Of a DNA stretch of 64,000 nt, positions 54,984 to 64,000 are shown piece by piece. This stretch comes from Alphaproteobacteria bacterium (lineage in GTDB: Bacteria > Pseudomonadota > Alphaproteobacteria > MPNO01). The stretch lies in contig CBDDOM010000003.1 in the NCBI GenBank assembly GCA_965231875.1, positions 139,316-203,315 on the forward strand. The letters run 5' to 3'. Made by a program: the position numbers and the translations under genes. The notes beneath the pieces are model-generated. The model was not told the DNA's origin. It worked only from the letters and a program-made list of their open reading frames with translations, and did no database searches. Position 1 is the first letter of the stretch, and every line of letters starts with the position of its first letter.

Positions 54984-55472
54984 ATGTCAGCCATCAGATT
55001 GCCAACCGCCGCAGTCGGAATCTTTCTGTCCGCTCTTATGGGCCTCGCCGTTCTGGCGCCGGGCGAGGCGGCCAGCGCCGAAGATGTCAAACAGGTCGCG
55101 GAGAAACGCAGCATGGCGATGAAATCCATGGGCGGGTCGATGCGGGTGATCAAGGGCTATGTCGGCGGCCGCGGTTCCAAGGACGATGTCGCCAAGGCGG
55201 TCGCCGTGATCGCGTCGACGGCGCCCAATATTACCGCGCTTTTTCCCAAGGGGACCGGGATGGCCGCCCTGCCGAAGTCCGAAGCCAAGCCGGAAATCTG
55301 GCAAAAGTGGGACGAATTCGGGGCCGCCGCCAAGACGCTCGGCGACAAGGCGGCGGTTCTTGCCGCCGCGGTGGAGTCGGGCGACAAGGGCAAGATCGGA
55401 GCGGCGTTCGGCGATCTCGGCAAGGTCGGCTGCGGCGGATGCCACAGGGTGTTCCGTCAGAAGCGGAACTGA
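54984..55472 (+). CDS. class II c-type cytochrome (cytochrome c'/c-556 type)
   Basis: Signal peptide, four-helix-bundle-length protein (162 aa) and a C-terminal haem motif CGGCH. Confidence 0.8.
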   Translation: MSAIRLPTAAVGIFLSALMGLAVLAPGEAASAEDVKQVAEKRSMAMKSMGGSMRVIKGYVGGRGSKDDVAKAVAVIASTAPNITALFPKGTGMAALPKSEAKPEIWQKWDEFGAAAKTLGDKAAVLAAAVESGDKGKIGAAFGDLGKVGCGGCHRVFRQKRN

Positions 55473-55491
55473 CGCCGCGGATCGGCCCGGC

Positions 55492-56214
55492 TCAGAATAC
55501 GCTCCGGGCCAGTTCGATACCGCCGATCACGATCGCGACCGCAACCGCCAGGACGAGGAGCGCCCGCCCGTCGCCGGCGGTGCGCGGTTCCTTCGGCCCC
55601 GCCGGCGCCGGCCCGCGCCCCGTCACCATGGCCGCGGTGAGGTTCTCGCGTTTGTAGACCAGGTGGAACAGGATTGCCGCGAGGTGCAATCCGACGAGAC
55701 CGAGCAGGACGTCGACGACGAGCGCATGCAGATCGGCTGCCTCGCGCGCCAGGTCGTAGCTTACCAGGAGCGACAGCGGTCCTTCGTAGAGCCCGTCCAC
55801 GTCCGCCGCGAAGAGGCCGAGACCGGTCTGTAGCACCAGCAACAGCAGCATGGCGACAACGGAGAGCCCCCCGAGCGGATTGTGACCGCCATAATCGTCG
55901 GGTACGCGGCGGGGCAATGTCCGGACATAGGCGATTATTGTTGCGGGAGAGCGGACGAGCCGGACCAGCCGCGATGTCTCGCTGCCGACCAGACCCCAAA
56001 GGATCCGCGCCACGATCAGCACGAGGAGCGCCTGGCCGGCCGGAATGTGGATGTCGAAGCGGCCGCGGCTTCCACTCATGAAGCAGACCACGAACAGTAT
56101 CACCAGGACCCAGTGAAAGATCCGCGTCGGACGATCCCAGATCGGGATTTTGCGGGTGGGTCCGCCTTGAGTGCCCGATTCCCGGTCTGCCACGTGTCTC
56201 GCCTTCCTTCGCAT
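55492..56214 (-). CDS. cytochrome b561-family membrane protein
   Basis: ...IWDRPTRIFHWVLVILFV... with four TM segments and conserved His positions (HW..., GGHNPLGG..., LHL...FH). Confidence 0.8.
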   Translation of the reverse strand: MRRKARHVADRESGTQGGPTRKIPIWDRPTRIFHWVLVILFVVCFMSGSRGRFDIHIPAGQALLVLIVARILWGLVGSETSRLVRLVRSPATIIAYVRTLPRRVPDDYGGHNPLGGLSVVAMLLLLVLQTGLGLFAADVDGLYEGPLSLLVSYDLAREAADLHALVVDVLLGLVGLHLAAILFHLVYKRENLTAAMVTGRGPAPAGPKEPRTAGDGRALLVLAVAVAIVIGGIELARSVF

Positions 56215-56246
56215 CGGCCGCGGCGCAAGCTTTCTCCGCCCCAGGG

Positions 56247-56462
56247 TCAGCCCGCTCTTGTCGAGCGCAGGGGCAACGATTCGGTTTCCAGCGTTGACAG
56301 GTCGAGACGCTGAGACGCCCGGTCGATATCAAACCCCACAACGCCACCCGTGGCATCGAGATCGACATTCAAGCCGTCGGAAACCTCGCGCGTTTCCGCT
56401 CCCGGCCCAGGTTTGAATTCGATGTAGAGGCTGTCGGTGTCCGGATAGTAGTGGAGCTTCAT
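56247..56462 (-). CDS. DUF2283-domain protein (putative antitoxin-like partner)
   Basis: MKLHYYPDTDSLYIEFKPGPGAETREVSDGLNVDLDATGGVVGFDIDRAS matches the DUF2283 Y-D-x-D-x-L-Y-I ... G-x-V-G-x-x-I pattern. Confidence 0.75.
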   Translation of the reverse strand: MKLHYYPDTDSLYIEFKPGPGAETREVSDGLNVDLDATGGVVGFDIDRASQRLDLSTLETESLPLRSTRAG

Positions 56463-56710
56463 GGCGCATCCCTTACAAATCCCCGGTCGAAGAACGCATT
56501 GTGCACGGTTTCCCCGTCCGCAAGCGTGACAACGCGCAGAATGCGCGGAGTGTCTTCGCCGGGCCGCATAACTTCTCCCCAGAAACGAACCCGCCCGTCT
56601 GTTTGCGTTTCCCTGCGGAGCGGCAATGAAACGACTCTGGCGCACCACTCCCGTTCGATATACGGGCGCTTGCGCAGCACCTGTTCCTCGAAGTAGCGCG
56701 TCGTCTTCAC
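56459..56710 (-). CDS. small DUF4258-like protein (putative toxin-like partner)
   Basis: Proposed GTG start at 56710 gives (M)KTTRYFEEQVLRKRPYIEREWCARVV...RFWGEV...ILRVVTLADGETVHNAFFDRGF. Its stop overlaps the DUF2283 start as ATGA. The family name is recalled from memory. Confidence 0.6.
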   Translation of the reverse strand: MKTTRYFEEQVLRKRPYIEREWCARVVSLPLRRETQTDGRVRFWGEVMRPGEDTPRILRVVTLADGETVHNAFFDRGFVRDAP

Positions 56711-56969
56711 GTGGCAACCCGGTCCGATCTTTCGACCGCCATCGTTTCCGTGGTTGGGAAACCGGGGCGACCGGTTCGGTGCCTTGGCGGGAAGTCGACT
56801 GAACCGGCATATCGAGGTTAGCGCAGGCCCCAGCGCCGATCCAGATCGAGGCGGCATCCACGTGTGTCACGGGACATCGGCGAATTCGTGGTTCCGGGGA
56901 AGCTTTATTGGACGCGGTTCCCGATGCTAGGTTCGCGCGTGGCTCTCCGGCGAGGCCTCGGTTTTCCCA

Positions 56970-57743
56970 ATGGAGCTTCGCATCATGATTCGTGCGAACG
57001 CCGTCCGCTGCTTCCTGCTCCTCTCCTGCCTGGCAACGGCGCTGATGACCGGCGCCGCCGGGGCACAGTCCATCGAAGAGGCGAAGTCGGCCCATGCGGA
57101 AGGAAGGTTCGCCGACGCGGCCCGGATCGGCGGGGCACTCGGCACCTCCGAAGGCTATGCGCTGGCGGCGAGATCGCTGGCGATCCACGGCTATTACTTT
57201 GCGCCCGACGATGAAGCGGAGGCGCTGCTGGAAGAGGCCACGGCACTGGCGCGAAAAGCGATTCAGGTCGATCCGGACAACGCGGAGGCTTATCTGAGGC
57301 TTGTCCAGGCAATGGGCCGGCACGCGCAGGCCATCGGCTCGTTCGAGGCAATAAACCGGGGCTATGCCGGGAAGATCCGCGAAGCGGCCGAGAAGGCGCT
57401 GGAGCTCGATCCGGAAATGGCGGCTGCCCACACGGCCCTGGGCGCGTGGCACGCCGAGGTGGTGGCCGCCGTGGGTTCGTTCCTTGCGCGCATCACCCAC
57501 GGCGCCCGCGAGAGCGATGCGTTCGCCCATTTCGAAGCGGCCCTGAAACACGCTCCCGACACGAAATCGGTGAACCTCGAATACGCGCTTGGGCTGCTGA
57601 CCCTGGACGAGGACGAATACCGGGAAAAGGCGCGCGGCCTCTTGAAGCGCGCCATTGGAATACCGGCGAAGGATGCGTACGACCGCCTGCTCCACAAGCG
57701 GGCGGTCGAGCGGCTAGAGGCTCTGGAAGCTTCCAACGGTTGA
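56970..57743 (+). CDS. exported helical-repeat (TPR-like) protein, function unknown
   Basis: Signal peptide ...CFLLLSCLATALMTGAAGAQS followed by Ala/Glu-rich helical repeats. ATG 56985 is an alternative start. Confidence 0.55.
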   Translation: MELRIMIRANAVRCFLLLSCLATALMTGAAGAQSIEEAKSAHAEGRFADAARIGGALGTSEGYALAARSLAIHGYYFAPDDEAEALLEEATALARKAIQVDPDNAEAYLRLVQAMGRHAQAIGSFEAINRGYAGKIREAAEKALELDPEMAAAHTALGAWHAEVVAAVGSFLARITHGARESDAFAHFEAALKHAPDTKSVNLEYALGLLTLDEDEYREKARGLLKRAIGIPAKDAYDRLLHKRAVERLEALEASNG

Positions 57744-57807
57744 GAGCCTTGCCGTAGTTCGGGGATTCGGCGATCTTGAAACAGGTCAAGCTGTTCGGGA
57801 GTCTGGG

Positions 57808-58761
57808 ATGAGCGAGAAGGTCATATACCTCAACGGCGAGTTCGTGCCCGAGAGCGAAGCCAAGGTGTCCGTGCTCGACTGGGGATTTTCCGGTGGCGAC
57901 GGGGTGTACGAAGTCACCCGCACATTCGACGGAAAGCTGTTCCGTCTCGAAACCCATCTGTCCCGGCTGTTCCGTTCGCTCGCCTATACCCGCATCGATT
58001 GCGGGCTGAGCAGGGAGGAGGTGACCGGGATCGCCGAAGAGACGGTCGCGCGCAATCTTCCACTGCGCGGGGAAAACAGCGATTACGCGCTTTGGCAGGT
58101 GATCAGCAGGGGCGACAGGCGCCTCGGCGATGCCGCGCCCGCCACCGTGACGATGTACTGCCTCGATGTGGGGTTCGCCGGATTCGCGCACGCCTATCTC
58201 GACGGGCTCAAGCTGGTGACGCCGGGAGTGCGCCGGACGCCGCCGCAATGCGCCGATCCCAAGGCGAAGCTCACCAACCGCATGAACCAGCTCCAGGCCA
58301 AGTTCGAGGCCCAGCAGGCGGATCCCGAGGCGCTGCCCCTGATGCTCGACGTCGACGGCAACCTTGCGGAGTCGAACACCGCCAACTTTTTCTTCGTCGC
58401 CAACGGCAGGCTCTGTACCTCGAAGGCGCGCAACGTGCTCGGCGGCATCACCCGGACCACGGTGATCGAGCTCGCCGACGAGCTCGGCATCGAGGTCGTC
58501 GAAGACGGGTTCGCGCCTTACGACGTATACACCGCCGACGAGGCGTTCCTGTCGGGGACCAGCGGCACCATCCTGCCGGCGCGGAGCCTGAACGCGTCTC
58601 CGATCGGCGACGGGACGACGCCCGGGCCGGTGACCATGCGGCTGATCCGCGCCTGGAACGAAATGGTGGACATGGACTTCGTTGCCCAGGCGCTCGGCCA
58701 TCTCGGCGACAACGAGCGCGGCCCGGCGCTCGCCGAATGGGAGAGGCGGCTCGCGGCATAG
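57808..58761 (+). CDS. class IV (branched-chain/D-amino-acid) aminotransferase family protein
   Basis: YLNGEFVPESEAKVSVLDWGFSGGDGVYEV...FRLETHLSRL... and ...GITRTTVIELA.... Confidence 0.85.
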   Translation: MSEKVIYLNGEFVPESEAKVSVLDWGFSGGDGVYEVTRTFDGKLFRLETHLSRLFRSLAYTRIDCGLSREEVTGIAEETVARNLPLRGENSDYALWQVISRGDRRLGDAAPATVTMYCLDVGFAGFAHAYLDGLKLVTPGVRRTPPQCADPKAKLTNRMNQLQAKFEAQQADPEALPLMLDVDGNLAESNTANFFFVANGRLCTSKARNVLGGITRTTVIELADELGIEVVEDGFAPYDVYTADEAFLSGTSGTILPARSLNASPIGDGTTPGPVTMRLIRAWNEMVDMDFVAQALGHLGDNERGPALAEWERRLAA

Positions 58762-58771
58762 GGGAGGGGAG

Positions 58772-59191
58772 ATGCCCGACGACGTGTTCGAGCTGACGGA
58801 AGCGCTGAGCGCGCTCGCCATCCACGAATGCGACGAGGACGCGTTCAAGCCCGTCGGGCTCTGGGACTCCTTCGACTACCGGGATCTCGGCATGGCGGAG
58901 GCGACCGGCGGCAAGGTGGGCGCCATCCATCTCCGCGCCAAGGGGCCGTGCCGGCGCGACCTCGGCTTCCACCGCCATGACCTCGCTTTCCAGATGGTGT
59001 ACATCCTCAAGGGTTGGGTGACCTATCGCTGGCAGGGACACGCGGAGCCGATCACTGCTCATGCCGGCGCCTCGGTCTATTCGCCGCCCGGCGAGGTCCA
59101 CAACGTGATCGACTACAGCGAGGACATGGAGGTCATCGAGGTCACCATGCCGGCCGATTACCCCACCGTCGAGATCGAGGTGGCGGACTGA
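58772..59191 (+). CDS. cupin-domain protein
   Basis: ATG 58772 after GGGGAGGGGA; HRHDLAFQMVYILKGWVTYRW...GASVYSPPGEVHNV. Confidence 0.65.
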   Translation: MPDDVFELTEALSALAIHECDEDAFKPVGLWDSFDYRDLGMAEATGGKVGAIHLRAKGPCRRDLGFHRHDLAFQMVYILKGWVTYRWQGHAEPITAHAGASVYSPPGEVHNVIDYSEDMEVIEVTMPADYPTVEIEVAD

Positions 59192-60336
59192 CCCGGTATC
59201 GGCCCAGCCCAATCCGGACTGCCGCGCTCGTTGGCGCGCTCCTCCTGGGCGCGGCTCTCTCCGGCTCCGCCGGGTCGGCCGAACCGCGCGACTACCGCTC
59301 GGAAAAGCACGATTTCCGCTTGGTGCCGGTGGGTGGGCCGCTGGATCAGGCGTGGGGCATGGCCTTCCTCCCGGACGGACGCATCCTGGTCACCGAGAAG
59401 GACGGCGATCTCCGGATCCTCGACCGTGGAGGCAAGCTCTCCAAACCGCTTCGCGGTCTTCCCCGAATCGAATCCTACGGCCAGGGCGGGCTGATGGATG
59501 TCGCGCTCGACCCCGGATTCGCGGTCAACCGGCGCATCTATCTGAGCCTTGCCTGGGATGCCAAAGGCGGCAAGACAACGGCGGTCGGCACCGCCCGCCT
59601 GTCGGGAGACCGGCTTCGCGGTTTCAAGTTGATCTTCGCCGGCCGGCCGGGTAGCGGTTCGGGCCGGCATTTCGGCTCGCGTCTGCGCTTCGGTCCCGAC
59701 GGCAAGCTCTACGTCAGCATCGGCGACCGGGGCCACCGTCCCAACGCCCAGGATCTCGGCACCCATGCCGGCGCGATCCTCAGGCTCGACCGCGACGGGA
59801 CCGCGCCCGCCGACAACCCTTTCGTCGGCCGGACCGGGGCGCTGCCGGAAATCTGGTCCTACGGCCACCGCAACCCGCAGGGGCTCGCCTTCGATCCGGA
59901 TACGGGCCGGCTGTGGTCGCAGGAGCACGGGCCCAAGGGCGGCGACGAGGTAAATCTGGTCGAACGCGGACGAAACTACGGGTGGCCGGTGATCACCCAC
60001 GGACGCAACTATATCGGCACCAAGATCACCGACGAGACCGCGCGCCCCGGCATGGAGCGGCCCAGGACCTATTGGGTGCCGTCCATCGCGCCGTCCGGGC
60101 TGACGGTCTATCGCGGCGATAGGTTTCCCGGCTGGGACGGCAATCTGTTCGTCGGCGCGCTCCGGGCCCAGCTGCTCGTCCGGCTGGAGCTCGAAGGAGA
60201 CAGGGTCGTCCGCGAGGAACGACTGTTAACCGATTTCGGCAATCGCATCCGGGACGTGCGCACCGGCCCCGATGGCCTGATCTACCTGCTGCTCGACGAG
60301 AACGACGCGGCGGTCTGGCGGCTGGAGCCGCGATAG
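59188..60336 (+). CDS. PQQ-dependent soluble sugar dehydrogenase (YliI/Asd-like beta-propeller)
   Basis: GQGGLMDVALDPGF, DGKLYVSIGDRG and WSYGHRNPQGLAFDP motifs. The start is uncertain: there is no in-frame ATG/GTG between the upstream stop and the signal peptide, so the coordinate given is a CTG. Confidence 0.78.
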   Translation: MTRYRPSPIRTAALVGALLLGAALSGSAGSAEPRDYRSEKHDFRLVPVGGPLDQAWGMAFLPDGRILVTEKDGDLRILDRGGKLSKPLRGLPRIESYGQGGLMDVALDPGFAVNRRIYLSLAWDAKGGKTTAVGTARLSGDRLRGFKLIFAGRPGSGSGRHFGSRLRFGPDGKLYVSIGDRGHRPNAQDLGTHAGAILRLDRDGTAPADNPFVGRTGALPEIWSYGHRNPQGLAFDPDTGRLWSQEHGPKGGDEVNLVERGRNYGWPVITHGRNYIGTKITDETARPGMERPRTYWVPSIAPSGLTVYRGDRFPGWDGNLFVGALRAQLLVRLELEGDRVVREERLLTDFGNRIRDVRTGPDGLIYLLLDENDAAVWRLEPR

Positions 60337-60405
60337 CGGCGGCTTGCCCGGCGGCGGTTTTGGGGTCATCTTCGGAAAGCGTCGCGGCGGCTGGAGGGAA
60401 CGGCG

Positions 60406-61239
60406 ATGGGACACAACACGATCCGGGTGACGGCGGTGACGCCGAATATCGGCGGCCTGGTCGACGGAATCGATCTGACCCGCGAGCTGGACACGCCGGT
60501 GGTCGAGGACCTCCATGACGCGCTGATGGAGCATCAGGTCCTGTTCTTCCGGGACCAGGAGCTGACCCACGAGACCCAGAAGGCGCTCGGCGAGCATTTC
60601 GGCAAACTCCATATCAGCGTCGGCGGCGACGGCACCAACTCCAAACAACTCCAGGACTTTCCCGAGGTCCGGGCGCTCCATTTCGACGAGAACTCGAAAT
60701 CGGTGTCCGGCAACGAGACCTGGCACACCGACCAGTCGTGCATGGAAACCCCACCCATGGGCACGATCCTCTATATCCACACGGTGCCGCCGGCGGGCGG
60801 CGGGGACACGATGTTCGCCAGCATGTACGCGGCCTACGAAGCGCTGTCGCCCGCGATGAAGCGCTACCTCGAAGGCATGACGGCCGTGCACGACGGCTCC
60901 GGCGCGTTCTCCCGGACCGCGACCAACCAGCTCCCGATCGCCGAACAGCCGATGGTCGCCAGGCATCCGGTAACCGGGCGGAGGCTGCTCTATGTCAACC
61001 CGGGCTTCACATCGCATGTCTGCGGCGTCTCGAAAGCCGAAAGCGACGCGATCCTCACCTTTCTCTTTCGCCACTGCGAGCACCCCAACTTCCACGTGCG
61101 GTTCCGCTGGGAACCGCACTCGGTCGCATTCTGGGACAACCGCTGCACCCATCACTATGCGGTCTGGGACTATCATCCGCATGTCCGGTCGGGCTATCGC
61201 ATTCAGATAAAGGGCAAGGACCGGGTCATTCCCGGCTGA
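60406..61239 (+). CDS. TauD/TfdA-family Fe(II)/2-oxoglutarate dioxygenase
   Basis: 277 aa; ...GNETWHTDQSCMETPPMGTILY... (H-x-D) and ...WDNRCTHHYA.... Confidence 0.88.
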   Translation: MGHNTIRVTAVTPNIGGLVDGIDLTRELDTPVVEDLHDALMEHQVLFFRDQELTHETQKALGEHFGKLHISVGGDGTNSKQLQDFPEVRALHFDENSKSVSGNETWHTDQSCMETPPMGTILYIHTVPPAGGGDTMFASMYAAYEALSPAMKRYLEGMTAVHDGSGAFSRTATNQLPIAEQPMVARHPVTGRRLLYVNPGFTSHVCGVSKAESDAILTFLFRHCEHPNFHVRFRWEPHSVAFWDNRCTHHYAVWDYHPHVRSGYRIQIKGKDRVIPG

Positions 61240-61245
61240 TGGCGC

Positions 61246-61983
61246 TCACCAGGTGAGCTGTCCGCCGTTCGGATGGACGATCTGACCGGTGATGTAGGAC
61301 GACCGTTCGCTCAACAGGAAATCGACAACCGCGGCGACCTCTTCCGGTTGCCCCAGCCGCCCTATCGGAAGGTTATCGGCCAGCCTCTCGCGGGCTTGCT
61401 CGTATTCTTCATCCGTCCTGCCGGATTTCAGGATCGGGGTGTCGATCGGACCCGGGCCGAGCGCGTTGATGCGTATCCGGTCCGGCGCGAATTCCTGCGC
61501 GATCGACTTGGTGAGCGAAAGGATCGCCGCCTTGGCCGCGCAATAGGCCGCGCCGCCCGGTACCGCCATCACCGCGTAGTCGGACGACATGGTGACGATC
61601 GCCCCGCCCGTTCCCTGCGCCCGCATACGGCTCAGCGTTGCCTGGCAGCAGAGAAACGTGCCCTTGACGTGGACGCCGATCATCCGGTCCCAGTCGTCCT
61701 CGGTGACGGTCTCGGCGGTGCCCCGGATATGGATGCCCGCGGCGAAGAAGGCCGCGTCGACGGTGCCATCGACGGCGGCGGCCATTCCTTCCACCGACGC
61801 GCGGTCCGCCACATCCACCTCGACGGCCCTCGCGCTGCCGCCCGCGGCTCGAATCGAATCGACGGTTTCCGCGAGCCCCTCGGCATCTATATCGGCCGCG
61901 TATACCGTCATCCGGCCGGCGAGGCGCTTCGCGGCGGCCCGGGCGATTCCGCTCGCCGCGCCGGTAATCAGAACGTTGTCCAT
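61246..61983 (-). CDS. SDR-family oxidoreductase
   Basis: ITGAASGIA, catalytic YCAAKAA. Confidence 0.88.
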   Translation of the reverse strand: MDNVLITGAASGIARAAAKRLAGRMTVYAADIDAEGLAETVDSIRAAGGSARAVEVDVADRASVEGMAAAVDGTVDAAFFAAGIHIRGTAETVTEDDWDRMIGVHVKGTFLCCQATLSRMRAQGTGGAIVTMSSDYAVMAVPGGAAYCAAKAAILSLTKSIAQEFAPDRIRINALGPGPIDTPILKSGRTDEEYEQARERLADNLPIGRLGQPEEVAAVVDFLLSERSSYITGQIVHPNGGQLTW

Positions 61984-61994
61984 CCTCCGGCCTC

Positions 61995-62729
61995 CTAGAG
62001 CATCAGCCGGCCGCCATTGACGCGGATGTCCTGGCCGGTAACGAAACTCGAATCGTCTTCCATCAGGAACAGCGCGGTTTCCGCCATGTCCTCCGGCTCG
62101 CCGATGCGCCCCATGGGATTGGCCGCCGCCGCCGCGTCGAGATCGGCCTGGCTTCTGTGGCCGCGCGGCTGGGGCGTATCGGTGACGCCGGGCGAGATCG
62201 CGTTGACCCGGATCCCGTCTCGCGCGGTCTCCAGCGCCATCGCCCGGGCGAGGCCCAGCACCCCGCCCTTGGTCGCCGCGTAATGCGCCCCGCCGGCGGC
62301 GCCGTTGCGCGCGATCGAGGATGAGAACATGACGATCGCGCCCTTTCCCCCGCGTCGCATTTCCGGCAGCACCGCCTGGCTGGCGAGCAGCGTGCCCTTG
62401 AGGTTGATGTCGAGATGCCGGTCCCAGGATTCGTCGTCGAGTTCCAGAAACGGGACCGGCTTGTAGACCGCCGCGCAGGTGGCGAGACCGACGATGGTAC
62501 CGCCGGTTTCCACGATGTCCGAGACGGCGCGGTCCATCGCCGCCTTGTCGCGGACGTCCAACTGGCGGAACGACAGGTCGGGCCGGTTGATCCCGGCGAG
62601 CCTGCCTTCGTTCGAGTCCCAGGCGGAGACGGCGTAGCCGGCCGAAAGCGCGCGATGCACGACCGCGTGGCCGATCCCGCTGCCGCCGCCGGTGACGATT
62701 ATCGTCGGTCGGGCCATGCTATCTGTCAT
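61995..62729 (-). CDS. SDR-family oxidoreductase
   Basis: VTGGGSGIG, catalytic YAATKGG. Confidence 0.88.
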   Translation of the reverse strand: MTDSMARPTIIVTGGGSGIGHAVVHRALSAGYAVSAWDSNEGRLAGINRPDLSFRQLDVRDKAAMDRAVSDIVETGGTIVGLATCAAVYKPVPFLELDDESWDRHLDINLKGTLLASQAVLPEMRRGGKGAIVMFSSSIARNGAAGGAHYAATKGGVLGLARAMALETARDGIRVNAISPGVTDTPQPRGHRSQADLDAAAAANPMGRIGEPEDMAETALFLMEDDSSFVTGQDIRVNGGRLML

Positions 62730-62844
62730 TGGGGACGAACCCTACGCGAGAGGCCCCCGGCCCGGCAAGCGGACCCGCCCGTTGTCTGTCGCGCCGATTC
62801 GACGCATTTTCCGGCCGTGTCCCGGTGTTGAAAGAGAGTGTCCG

Positions 62845-63450
62845 ATGAAAGGATTTTCCAGTCCCAACTCACCCTTCGCGCGAAAGGTGCGCGTGGTTGC
62901 GATAGAGACCGGCCAGTCGGAGGCGATCGAGTGGACGGTGGTGGATCTCGGTGGATCGATACCTGCGCTCGAAGCCACCAACCCGATGGGACAGGTTCCC
63001 GCGATCGTGACCGACGACGGAGAGGCGCTCTACGATTCGGCGGTAATCTGCGAGTTCCTCGATGCCCGCCATGACGGGCCGAAGCTGTTTCCCGCCGCTG
63101 GCCACGCACGCTGGGAGGCGCTTCGTCTGCAGGCGTTGGGCGACGGTCTCGGCGCCGCTTCGGCCGCTCTCGCCGGCGAGCGCCGGCGTCCCGAGGAGCG
63201 CCGTTTCGACCCCTTCATCGAGAACCAGTCGGGCAAGATCGCCCGGGGGCTTGAGCGGCTTGACCGCGATCTCGCGGCGCTCGAAGGGGCGCTCACCATC
63301 GCCCCCATCGCCGCGGCCTGCGCGATGGGCTACATGGAGCTTCGGGACTGCGTGCCCGGCTGGCGCGACCGGCATCCCGCGCTGGCGGCGTGGTACGACC
63401 GGTTCAGCGAGCGACCGTCGATGCGCGGGACCGCGCCGCCGCCCCCGTGA
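62845..63450 (+). CDS. glutathione S-transferase family protein
   Basis: ATG 62845; ...SPFARKVRVVAIE...NPMGQVPAIVTDDGEALYDSAVICEFLD.... Confidence 0.8.
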   Translation: MKGFSSPNSPFARKVRVVAIETGQSEAIEWTVVDLGGSIPALEATNPMGQVPAIVTDDGEALYDSAVICEFLDARHDGPKLFPAAGHARWEALRLQALGDGLGAASAALAGERRRPEERRFDPFIENQSGKIARGLERLDRDLAALEGALTIAPIAAACAMGYMELRDCVPGWRDRHPALAAWYDRFSERPSMRGTAPPPP

Positions 63451-63541
63451 CGGGGGCACGCCATCCGATCTTGGATTGAGCCGTGCCGTCTGGTGTACTA
63501 GGGAATTCCAGCGATTGAACGAACCCGGATCGGGAGGATGT

Positions 63542-64000
63542 CATGAAGTTGAACCGGACAGCATCGTATCTGGTGGCCTTGGCAATGGCGCTTGCCGTGG
63601 CGCCGGCTTCGATTGGCGACGCCTGGGCGCAGAAGACCACTAAGGTCAAGTACGCCGAGGTCGTGCGCTCGGTGTTCTACCTGCCCAAATACGTCGCCAT
63701 CGCCAACGGCTATTTCCGCGACCAGGGGATCGAGGTCGACATGACCACCGCCTGGGGCGGCGACAAGGGCACCGCGATGCTGCTGACGGGCAACGTGGAT
63801 GTCGTCCTCCAGGGTCCGGAAACAGCGATCTATGTCGAGAACGGCGCCTCGCCCGAGAAGACCAAGATGTTCGCCGCGATCACCGCGACCGACGGGCTGT
63901 TCCTGATGTCGCGCGAGAAGATGACCATGGAGCAGTTCAAGTGGGCCATGATCAAGGGCAAGACGGTGATGGGCTGGCGGCCCGGCTCGACTCCCGGCCT
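63542..64000 (+). CDS. ABC-transporter periplasmic substrate-binding protein (NMT1/sulfonate-nitrate-taurine type), 3' end outside the window
   Basis: ATG 63542 after GGGAGGA. Signal peptide MKLNRTASYLVALAMALAVAPASIGDAWA, then VKYAEVVRSVFYLPKYVAIANGYF. The frame is open to the window edge. Confidence 0.7.

Overview
High-GC (hand counts about 68% G+C in coding stretches) chromosomal segment that looks alphaproteobacterial. This is inferred from the rpsM-rpsK-rpoA-rplQ operon lacking rpsD and from the GC-rich palindromic intergenic repeats. A housekeeping core sits at 16.7-23.8 kb: the alpha ribosomal operon, a DegP-like protease, rarA, rluC and a HAD phosphatase. It is embedded in dense accessory catabolic and transport DNA. 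I support about 65 CDSs. They include two xanthine-dehydrogenase-family Mo-hydroxylase loci (one an orphan large subunit), a TRAP dctQM pair next to a TctC/TctA(-TctB fusion) pair, and a tungsten-type aldehyde:ferredoxin oxidoreductase homologue. They also include a Rieske oxygenase alpha/beta pair, a UbiD-like/CMD/LLM/amidohydrolase-2/ACAD-fold monooxygenase cluster, and valine-catabolism genes (acyl-CoA dehydrogenase, HIBCH, mmsB). Further sets are hyuA/hyuB, a split ThDP decarboxylase operon, a ligase-thioesterase-pyrF-CMD operon, cytochrome c'/b561 and a TauD/SDR/GST/SBP group. The clearest mobile element is a complete group II intron (43029-45014) with a canonical domain V and a reverse transcriptase/maturase. 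It lies antisense inside an AT-rich, apparently foreign gene for a signal-peptide protein, and removing the intron in silico restores a 253-codon ORF. Other non-genic structure: three families of palindromic REP-like repeats, a (GCAGGC)4-5 microsatellite inside a DUF805-like gene, a C10 tract, a near-consensus promoter before rpsM, and a DUF4258-like/DUF2283 toxin-antitoxin-like pair. I saw no rRNA, tRNA or CRISPR. All family calls rest on motifs read from the supplied translations, not on database searches.
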